This document shows, piece after piece, positions 17,554-24,865 of a stretch of 32,000 nt of DNA. Under the pieces are notes generated by a model that did no database searches, was not told the origin of the DNA, and was given only the letters and a program-made list of their open reading frames with translations. The position numbers and the translations under genes are program-made. How positions within the stretch are numbered: the first letter of the stretch is position 1; every line of letters starts with the position of its first letter. Origin of the DNA: Synechococcus elongatus PCC 6301 (GTDB lineage: Bacteria > Cyanobacteriota > Cyanobacteriia > Synechococcales > Synechococcaceae); assembly GCF_000010065.1 (NCBI RefSeq), contig NC_006576.1:1230001-1262000 (forward strand), in the 5' to 3' direction.

Positions 17554-18348
17554 TTAGGGTGCCTGCAAAGCGGCATCTCCCACGCCACTGAACATCAGCT
17601 GCGACAGGAAGAAGTCCAGCACAAAAATCACTAGGAGTGCGGTAACAACTGCACCGGTCGTCGATTCGCCAACGCCCCGTGCACCGCCAGTGGTTGTCAG
17701 GCCCCAGTTCGTACCGATCGCGGCCACCACCCAGCCAAAAATCACGGCTTTGATCAGGCTACTGACGACATCCCACGGTTCGAGGAAGTTGCGGATGCCA
17801 TCAAAAAAGACACTAACCGGGATGCCGTAGGCCGATTGAGCCACCAGACTACCGGCAGTCACCCCGATCAGGCCAAACCCTAGACAGAGAATGGGCATCA
17901 TCAGACAGCAGGCCAAGGTCCGCGGCACCACCAGATAGTCAACGGGATCAGTGCGCAGCATCAACAGCGCATCGATTTGCTCCGTGACTTGCATCGTGCC
18001 GATCTCCGCCGCAAAAGCTGAGCCAATCCGACCCGCCACCACGACCCCCGTCAACACGGGTGCCAGTTCGCGGAAGAGTGCCAGAGCCAAGATGCCCCCT
18101 ACGATGTTCCCGGCTCCGAAATTGATAAACTCGCGGGCAACTTGAATGGTGAATACCGCTCCAACGGAAACACCCGTCAGTAGCGTGATCAGCAGTGAGG
18201 ATGGCCCCACGTTGGCCATTTGCTCCCGGGTGTTGTAGGGGTCAATCCGGGCGCGGAAGAGATGCAGCACGACCTGCCCAGCCAACAAAAGGGCGAGCAA
18301 CAGTCGATTGACCCAGCGCTTGAGGCCGTTCAGAGGAGTTCTCCGCAT
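17554..18348 (-). CDS. mlaE: MlaE/TGD1-type lipid ABC transporter permease
   Basis: 264 aa. The sequence matches the MlaE/Ttg2B permease family by eye (..REQMANVGPSSLLITLLTG..GAGNIVGGILALALFRELAPVLTGVVVAGRIGSAFAAEIGTMQVTEQIDAL..). No MlaF or MlaD lies adjacent. Confidence 0.85.
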   Translation of the reverse strand: MRRTPLNGLKRWVNRLLLALLLAGQVVLHLFRARIDPYNTREQMANVGPSSLLITLLTGVSVGAVFTIQVAREFINFGAGNIVGGILALALFRELAPVLTGVVVAGRIGSAFAAEIGTMQVTEQIDALLMLRTDPVDYLVVPRTLACCLMMPILCLGFGLIGVTAGSLVAQSAYGIPVSVFFDGIRNFLEPWDVVSSLIKAVIFGWVVAAIGTNWGLTTTGGARGVGESTTGAVVTALLVIFVLDFFLSQLMFSGVGDAALQAP

Positions 18349-18673
18349 AGCGGCAGGCGATCGCAGCTTAGCCTACCAAACAACGTTGTGCCGCTCTGTG
18401 ACCGGCCTTATCTTTGCGTTTGCTGCAAAGTCGCGGATGCAAACAGCAAGCCTTCCTCGCTAAGCTGGGACTGACAGGCGAGAACTGTCGAAGCAACAGC
18501 GGTCGCGGTTCCTTAGGACCTGAGGACAGACTCCCACAATCAAATATTTTGGGTAGATGTAGATTAGAGATTGTTTGCGACACTCAGGCCAAACGCGATC
18601 ACAGCCTCGGTTGCCAGCAATAACTTAACAAAGTCTTAAGAATTTTAACGATTTCAGTTCCGTCTGAGGGGGC

Positions 18674-19012
18674 ATGGCTAGATTGAAAGCAACCGACCTG
18701 CCCTTGGTGTCGCCCATGCTCCTTCGGCCCCTTCCAGAACGCTTTTTGCGATCGCTCGCGGTTGCCGGAACAGTGGGCTTCGTTGCACCATTGGCGGTGA
18801 TGGGGTTGCTCTGGCTCGCCATGACTAGCCTCAGTTGGGTCCCTGGAATTGGAAGTTGGGGACAGTCGGGCTTAGAGATTTTGCGCTACTTTTGCGACAC
18901 CTTTGGCAGCGGTAACCCCCTCTGCGGGCTGCTGGTGATCGGGGCGACCTGCGCAGTCGTCGGCATGATGTTCGATACCTATGCCGTGTCTGTTTCACGG
19001 GCTTCGCGCTAG
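18674..19012 (+). CDS. Small hypothetical membrane protein (112 aa)
   Basis: ATG ORF with three hydrophobic segments. Its stop codon is immediately followed by the start of the M16 peptidase gene, suggesting co-transcription. Confidence 0.5.
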   Translation: MARLKATDLPLVSPMLLRPLPERFLRSLAVAGTVGFVAPLAVMGLLWLAMTSLSWVPGIGSWGQSGLEILRYFCDTFGSGNPLCGLLVIGATCAVVGMMFDTYAVSVSRASR

Positions 19013-20539
19013 TTGTTCCGACAAGGCCTAAAGCGATCGCGCCGTCGCGGACTGCTCTGGTTGACCGTGCTGTTCTGCGTCTTTGTCGTCAGCCAGAGTC
19101 GGGCGATCGCAGCTCCGATCGATCTCCGTCCCTACTGGCAAGCGGCGCAGGCTCAGATTGATGACTTTCAGTTGCCCAATGGCCTGCAATTCATTGTCAT
19201 GCAGCGGCCTCAGGCCCCTGTGGTTTCGGTGTTGACCTACGCTGCTGTGGGTGGAGCCGATGAACAACCGGGGCAGACGGGCATTGCTCACTTTCTTGAG
19301 CACCTAGCCTTCAAGGGCACCACAACGATCGGCACCCGCAACTATGCCGAGGAAGCGCCACTCTTGACCGAGCTGGATCAGCTCAACCGTCAACTTCAGC
19401 AAGCCCAGGCGAAGGGACAGGACGCCACAGCCTTGACGCAGCGCTTTCAAGCCGTTCAAGCCCAAGCCGCTCAGTACGTTCGGCAGAACGAGTTTGGTCA
19501 GCGCCTCGAAAATGCAGGAGCGATCGGGCTGAATGCCACCACTAGCGCTGACGCAACCACCTATTTCTGTAGTTTGCCAGCACAGCAATTGGAACTCTGG
19601 ATGGCGCTGGAAGCGGAGCGGTTCCGGCAGCCGGTGTTCCGAGAATTCTTTGAGGAAAAGGCTGTCATTCTCGAAGAGCGACGGCAGCGTTTGGATAACG
19701 ATCCAGTCAGCCAGCTGCTCGAAGCTCTCAAGGCGAAGGCCTTTCCCAATCAGCCCTACGGCCGCCCTGTGATTGGTGAACGAGCCGATATTGCGGCCCT
19801 CGATCGCGCCACGGTTCAGCAGTTCTTCCAGCAGTATTACGGTCCCAACAATCTGACGATCGCGATTGTGGGCGATGTCGACCCAGCCCAAGTGCGCCGC
19901 TGGGCCAACCAGTATTTTGGGGCTGAGCCTGCTCGCCCATTGCCACCACCTTCCCAGGGGAAGGCTAAGCCTCAGGCTGGTACGGTCACGATCAAAGCCC
20001 GCAGTCAACCTTGGGCGATCGTGGCTTACCCAATGCCTGCAGCCCGAGATCCCGATCAACTGGCGATGCAGCTACTGGCCGAAGTCCTCAGTCGCGGTCG
20101 GCGATCGCGGCTCTATCAGACCTTAGTCGAAGGCGATCGCTTGGTTCTGTCGGCCCAAGCCTTCCCCAACTTTCCGGGCGATCGCTTGCCCAGCCTGTTT
20201 GTGATCTCAGCCTCGCCACGCCCTGGAATTACACCTCAGACAGTGGTTCAAGCGATTACGGCAACCGTCACCGAACTGCAGCAGCAGCCCCTCAGTCAGG
20301 CAGAACTCGATCGGGTACGCAATCAACTGCGGATGGATCTACTGCAAGGCCTAGAGTCGAACGCAGGTCTGGCGCAGCAACTAGCGGAATACCAAGCGGA
20401 GGCTGGTGACTGGCGTCAGCTCTTCCGCGACCTCGAAGCTTTAGAGCAGATTACGCCCCTAGATCTGCAGCGGGCTGCCCGCCGGCTCTTTCAGCGCGAT
20501 CGCCAGTTGGTGGGCCAAATCCTAGGAGAGGGGACGTGA
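19013..20539 (+). CDS. M16 (pitrilysin) family zinc peptidase, catalytically competent subunit
   Basis: 508 aa. TTG start directly after the upstream stop. Signal peptide ..LWLTVLFCVFVVSQSRAIA/AP. Intact inverted zinc motif GIAHFLEHLAFKGT (HxxEH). Confidence 0.85.
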   Translation: MFRQGLKRSRRRGLLWLTVLFCVFVVSQSRAIAAPIDLRPYWQAAQAQIDDFQLPNGLQFIVMQRPQAPVVSVLTYAAVGGADEQPGQTGIAHFLEHLAFKGTTTIGTRNYAEEAPLLTELDQLNRQLQQAQAKGQDATALTQRFQAVQAQAAQYVRQNEFGQRLENAGAIGLNATTSADATTYFCSLPAQQLELWMALEAERFRQPVFREFFEEKAVILEERRQRLDNDPVSQLLEALKAKAFPNQPYGRPVIGERADIAALDRATVQQFFQQYYGPNNLTIAIVGDVDPAQVRRWANQYFGAEPARPLPPPSQGKAKPQAGTVTIKARSQPWAIVAYPMPAARDPDQLAMQLLAEVLSRGRRSRLYQTLVEGDRLVLSAQAFPNFPGDRLPSLFVISASPRPGITPQTVVQAITATVTELQQQPLSQAELDRVRNQLRMDLLQGLESNAGLAQQLAEYQAEAGDWRQLFRDLEALEQITPLDLQRAARRLFQRDRQLVGQILGEGT

Positions 20540-21951
20540 TCCGTCGCTGGCTGCTGATGGCTGCGGTGCTTGTCCTCTGCTGGCTGCAAATGCCGGTGAC
20601 CGCGATCGCGGCAGTCGATCTGCAGCGTCCTGATATCGATCGCTGTCGTCTGGACAATGGCCTGCGGGTCTATCTGCTGGAAGATCGCACTCTGCCCCTG
20701 GTCAGTGGGTTGCTCTTGGCGGATGCCGGCTCCCGCTTGGATCCTGCTGATGCGTGGGGAACTGCAGACTTTACGGCTGCACTGCTAAGGCAGGGGGGTA
20801 GCCAAGCTTATCCCGTTGGGCAACTCGATCAAGCCTTAGAGGAACGGGCCGCCATGCTGGAATCCAATCCGGGCGTGACTGTCGCCAGCCTCAGTTTCCG
20901 CAGCTTCAGTCCTGACTTTCCCTTTGTCCTCGATCGCTTGTTTGAGGTACTGACCACCCCGGCTTTTCCGCCCGATCGCCTGCAACAACTGCGCGATCGC
21001 ACCCTAGCCGCCCTAGCGCGGCAGAATGATCGCCCCGAAGCGATCGCTAGTCGCGAACTGCCCAAGTTGGTCTATGGACCAACGGACGCTTTGGCCCGCA
21101 GCTTGACTGCAGCCAATGTGCAACAGGTAGAACGGGCGGATTTAGTGGCTTTTCATCAACGCTTTTACCGTCCCGATCGCCTCTGGTTAGGCATCGTCGG
21201 TGATTTTCAGGCAGCTGAACTTTGTCAAAGCCTGCAAACGACGTGGGGGAAATGGCAGCCACCTGCAACGGCCGCAATTGCACCAGCTGCTTCAGCTCAG
21301 CTTACAGTGCCAGCGACTGCGGTCTACCTCATCGATCAGCCCCAGCTCAGCCAAAGTACGGTGCAGATGGCCAGCCTGGGGGGGCGGTTGGATGACCCAG
21401 ATTATGCAGCGCTAACCGTCCTCAACGAACTACTGAATGGACTATCGGGGCGACTTTACAATCAAATTCGCTCCCGCCAAGGTCTGGCCTATAGCGTCTA
21501 CGGCAGTGGGCAACCCAACTTTGAGCGACCTGGATTATTTGTCGCCGGCGGTCAAACGGCCCAAGCAACCACAGCTGCACTGATTCAAGCCCTGCGTACG
21601 GAACTGGCTGCCGTGCGATCGCAGCCGATCAGCGAGCGGGAACTAAAGCAAGTCCGCGATCGCCTACTCAATAGCTTCGTGTTTAACTTTCAGTCGCCGG
21701 ATCAGACCTTGGGTCGGTTGCTGCGGACAGAGTTTTTCCAGTATCCCGAAGACTTTCTCTGGCGCTATCGAGAGGCCCTACTCAAGGTGACCCCAGCTGA
21801 TGTGCAAACAGTTGCACAGCGCTGGATTCTGCTCGACCAAATGCCGATCCTCGTCGTGGGCGATCGCCAAGCGCTTTTACCTCAGCTGCAGACCTTGGGC
21901 CTTCCCATTCAAGACTGGCCACTGGATCAGCCGGTCACAGCAGCACCCTGA
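20536..21951 (+). CDS. M16 family peptidase-like protein, non-catalytic partner
   Basis: 471 aa. GTG start overlaps the upstream stop (GTGA). Signal peptide present. The position equivalent to HxxEH reads GTADFTAALLRQGG, so there are no zinc ligands. Confidence 0.85.
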   Translation: MIRRWLLMAAVLVLCWLQMPVTAIAAVDLQRPDIDRCRLDNGLRVYLLEDRTLPLVSGLLLADAGSRLDPADAWGTADFTAALLRQGGSQAYPVGQLDQALEERAAMLESNPGVTVASLSFRSFSPDFPFVLDRLFEVLTTPAFPPDRLQQLRDRTLAALARQNDRPEAIASRELPKLVYGPTDALARSLTAANVQQVERADLVAFHQRFYRPDRLWLGIVGDFQAAELCQSLQTTWGKWQPPATAAIAPAASAQLTVPATAVYLIDQPQLSQSTVQMASLGGRLDDPDYAALTVLNELLNGLSGRLYNQIRSRQGLAYSVYGSGQPNFERPGLFVAGGQTAQATTAALIQALRTELAAVRSQPISERELKQVRDRLLNSFVFNFQSPDQTLGRLLRTEFFQYPEDFLWRYREALLKVTPADVQTVAQRWILLDQMPILVVGDRQALLPQLQTLGLPIQDWPLDQPVTAAP

Positions 21952-21960
21952 TCTCGCAAG

Positions 21961-21986
21961 AAAAAGCCCCCGGCTCCCTGGGGGCT
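21961..21986 (-). terminator. Rho-independent terminator oriented for a minus-strand transcript
   Basis: Minus strand reads AGCCCCC-AGGGAGCC-GGGGGCT followed by TTTTCTTG (7-bp G/C stem, 8-nt loop, T tract). On the plus strand the hairpin is followed by CTGAGG, so there is no U tract. Confidence 0.8.
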
Positions 21987-22255
21987 TCTGAGGAATGGTT
22001 GTACTGCTTCTGATACGCAAGACCAGCGCTTGTGGATGCATTGACTCTGCATGAGCTGAGCTGAAGGTCCTGCGTCCTCTGACGGACCTCACGGTTTGAG
22101 TCGGTAGTTGTGCTTTCCAACAGCAGCGATCGCTGCTCAAGCCAACTCTTTCGGCCCAGCGCTGGCTGTTGGGAAATGACAGGGCAAGAGAGCTCAGCTG
22201 TTCATGGAATCGACAGGGAACATCAGTCAATGCGATCGCGTCAGTACCTGACATG
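21961..22255 (-). ncRNA. Candidate structured small RNA (class unknown; 6S-like architecture is only a hypothesis)
   Basis: No credible ORF. The minus-oriented terminator lies at its 3' end. A -10-like TAGAAT sits at 22264-22259. A long-range interrupted helix pairs 22211-22191 with 22062-43 (GATTC-CATG-(AAC)-AGCTGAGCT / AGCTCAGCT-CATG-(CA)-GAGTC). That helix encloses three local helices. The 5' end is not determined. Confidence 0.4.
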
Positions 22256-22305
22256 CAAATTCTAAGTGCTGACTTGGAATTGCCTGAGCCATTTTGAGAT
22301 GTTTA

Positions 22306-22590
22306 ATGAGTCCCAAATTCGTTGTCCATATCGCTGCTAAGGCTGCTCTCTTACTGCCCTTAATGGCTGCAGGTGCCACTGAAGCAGTCAATGTGCCTCA
22401 AGCCCGTTCTAGTGCAATCGAAGTCGAATTAACTGAGCTGAGTCCCACTGCAACCCCAGCAACATTGATTGCCAGCAATGATTTTGGAGGGAGTGATTTC
22501 GGTAATAATTCCCGTAACAATAGTGACTCCAATAATCAGTCAGATTCTGGCAACCAACGTCGCAATGGCAACAATTCTGACTTTGGCTAG
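22306..22590 (+). CDS. Exported low-complexity peptide (94 aa): Sec-type signal peptide plus an Asn/Asp/Ser/Gly-rich tail with SDFG repeats
   Basis: ORF 22294..22590, with ATG at 22306. N-terminus MSPKFVVHIAAKAALLLPLMAAGA/TEA. C-terminus ..ASNDFGGSDFGNNSRNNSDSNNQSDSGNQRRNGNNSDFG*. AT-rich codon usage. No family recognised. Confidence 0.5.
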   Translation: MSPKFVVHIAAKAALLLPLMAAGATEAVNVPQARSSAIEVELTELSPTATPATLIASNDFGGSDFGNNSRNNSDSNNQSDSGNQRRNGNNSDFG

Positions 22591-22855
22591 GCTCCAACTC
22601 TGGGTCTTTAAATGCTAGCCGAGAGAGCCAGTTTCTTGAGTACGATCATCGCCCCTAGCGACGACTCTAGAAGAGTTAAAATATGATCGACTTTGGCTCT
22701 CTCACAAGTTATTTAGTGATGCAGAACCATTGTGGTGAAAAGCTCTAGAGAACTGACTACAAGAACTTCTTTGGAACATTGTTCCAGCAGAACAACCAAT
22801 CATTCACACTTTTTGAAACAGAATAAAGCTGCCGCAACCAGAAATTGACAACAAT

Positions 22856-24143
22856 ATGAATAAATTACAAGACTTATTGGGAAGCCAAAACCTCTCGGTC
22901 TTTCTGAGTCATTATTGGGCTCAACAATCCGTTTATATCGCTGGAGACAGTTTGCGGTTCCAGTCCTTATTTTCCTGGAATCACCTCAATGACTTACTGA
23001 ACTATCAAACCTTCCGAGAGTCAGAGTTGCGCTTTTCCCGCGACGGCGAGTCATTGCCTGCCGGCGATAATCCAACACTTTGGCGATCGCGTTTACAAGA
23101 AGGTGCGACCTTAGTTCTGAATGGCGTTCATCATCGCGTTCCAGCCCTCAAGCACCTAGCCACAAACCTCCGGCAAGAATTCGGCTATCGCTGTCATATC
23201 AATCTCTATAGTTCACCGGCACAGCAACAGGGGTTTGACTGTCACTACGATACTCATGATGTGCTGATTTTGCAGATTGAAGGTGAAAAGGAATGGTTGA
23301 TCTATCCAGAAACGCTGCCCTACCCCACGGCTGATCAGCCTTCTTACGATCGCCTTCCTCCTGAAGAACCGCCCTATCTTCAGCAAGTACTGAGCCCTGG
23401 GCGATCTGCTCTACATTCCACGCGGGCACTGGCATTATGCAATCGCACAAGAAACGGCATCTCTCCATCTCACGATTGGCATTCACACCGCTACTGGCTT
23501 GGACTGGGTCAATTGGTTGCAACAGCAATTAAGAGACCAGCCCCATTGGAGACAGGGATTGCCCCTCGCAGGCTCATGCAACTTCGATCCCTTCAAACTG
23601 CGAGGTCATTTAGAGTCATTGCGCGATCAACTGATTACCTATTTGCAAGAGCCCCAAGCGATCGATGACTATCTTCAATATTTGAGTTGGCAAGATCAGC
23701 CCCACCTACCGATCCAACTCCCTCTACAACTGCATGGCGATCCCTTAGCGCAGGGCTTGCTCGGTAAATTTATTTGGTCACCACTCCATTCTCTTCAGTG
23801 GCAAGCTGAGGATGATCAGATTAAGGTGTTAATTGGTTCTAAGCAGATGGTCTTTAAAGGACTACCGATCTCCTTAGCCATGCGACTTTTTAGTTGCCGT
23901 CAATTCACCCTGATGGATCTCGGTGATTGGGCTCCCGACCTTGATTTTGAGTCAGCGATCGCGCCACTCCTTCAAAAGCTGATTTTGGCAGGCATTTTAT
24001 TCGTCGAAGCTGATCAAGACGCAGAGGTCAGTGAAGTGAGTTCGCTTGCTGAAGTAAGTAAGGCCCCAACTGCTGGAGGAACAGTAATAATCCAGCCCGA
24101 TGACGTGAGGGAGCGATCGCCAATTCCAAAGCTTTATACATAG
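22856..24143 (+). pseudogene. JmjC / cupin-4 family Fe(II)/2-oxoglutarate dioxygenase (ribosomal-oxygenase-like), interrupted by a 1-nt frameshift near 23395-23401
   Basis: Frame A (22856..) gives ..LVLNGVHHRVPALKHL..GFDCHYDTHDVLILQIEGEKEWLIY..YLQQVLSPG and then turns to nonsense. Frame B, open from 23394, continues GDLLYIPRGHWHYAIAQETASLHLTIGIHTATGLDWVNW.. to the stop at 24143. Joined, the two read as the canonical cupin-4 motif l.PGD.LYiP.g..H. Confidence 0.75.
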
Positions 24144-24828
24144 CACCGGCCTGCTCTGGATAATGGCGGGCGAAACCAACGTAGCAGGGATAAAGGTCGC
24201 GGGTATAAGCCTGCTCTCGTTCCATCACTAACTCATAGCCTGTCCGCAGCAAGCGCTTAGTTATCCAGCGGCAAGATTCACGCATTCGAACATGAAAACG
24301 AGGAGAACTCGGCAGTAATTGTCGAAGTTCATGCTGAACTGCAGCTAAATCCCTCTCAAGATGTGGTTGATGGATCAAGAGCTGGGGGCCAACTTGAACA
24401 GCGGGCCAAGTCGTGATTAAGTCCTGCCCCCATAAACAAAGGCCTTGGATTTTCAGCAATGTTTGGAGTGACCGATTGACTTGGAGTGCATCGTAGCCAA
24501 TCACAGCAATTTCAATTCCTTGGCAAAATGGGGCTTGACGCTGCAGTTGTTGTTGCAGGTGATCAATGGCGGCTGGATCAGGCGATTGGTGTTGCCACAC
24601 CAGAATGCTATCGAGGTCTGAAATTCCTTGAATCGCTTTTCCCTGAGGGATTGAACCTCGTAGATAAAGGCTGTGAAGAGAGGCCCCAACGCATGATTGG
24701 CACCCTTCTAGGAGAGATTGGACAAGCGATCGCCAAGGATGATCAATTTTTTCTAGGCTAGATTCATTGACTAGATAACCCGGTGCATCCGGACGATAAA
24801 CAGTGCCGATCGCTTGAATGAAGGTCAA
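24028..24828 (-). CDS. Pol-beta superfamily nucleotidyltransferase, ANT/AadA-like architecture
   Basis: 266 aa, TTG start. NTase motif LYLRGSIPQGKAIQGISDLDSILV (GS-x11-D-x-D) followed by a helical C-terminal domain. Size and layout resemble aminoglycoside nucleotidyltransferases, but the sequence is clearly not the lab aadA cassette. Confidence 0.6.
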   Translation of the reverse strand: MTFIQAIGTVYRPDAPGYLVNESSLEKIDHPWRSLVQSLLEGCQSCVGASLHSLYLRGSIPQGKAIQGISDLDSILVWQHQSPDPAAIDHLQQQLQRQAPFCQGIEIAVIGYDALQVNRSLQTLLKIQGLCLWGQDLITTWPAVQVGPQLLIHQPHLERDLAAVQHELRQLLPSSPRFHVRMRESCRWITKRLLRTGYELVMEREQAYTRDLYPCYVGFARHYPEQAGAMYKALELAIAPSRHRAGLLLFLQQLGPYLLQQANSLH

Positions 24829-24865
24829 AGTTCTAAGTAGATTTTGATAGCTTTAGTCTAAAATC

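Noticed and set aside
19304-20059. 251-aa minus-strand ORF inside the first M16 peptidase gene
   Set aside because: It is antisense to a well-supported gene and has no motifs. It is a shadow ORF.
21877-22254. 125-aa minus-strand ORF covering the candidate sRNA region
   Set aside because: It is Cys/Arg/Ser-rich, overlaps the 3' end of the peptidase gene and reads straight through the terminator hairpin. A noncoding interpretation is preferred.
23391-23405. Programmed +1 ribosomal frameshifting at the cupin-4 and xseA shift sites
   Set aside because: Neither site has a known +1 slippery or hungry-codon context (such as CUU-AGG-C or a stop codon in the A site) or an upstream SD-like stimulator. 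Both are simple GGC-to-GGGC changes, so mutation or homopolymer sequencing error is far more likely.
24028-24828. Engineered aadA (spectinomycin/streptomycin) resistance cassette, which is common in S. elongatus lab strains
   Set aside because: The protein shares only the generic NTase motif and size with AadA and its sequence is clearly different. It has a TTG start and native-looking HIP1 sites, and no vector-like flanks.
22290-24850. Mobile genetic element or genomic island with integration machinery
   Set aside because: There is no integrase, transposase, tRNA target, terminal inverted repeats or flanking direct repeats. Only the compositional deviation is present, so I report it as an islet and not as a mobile element.
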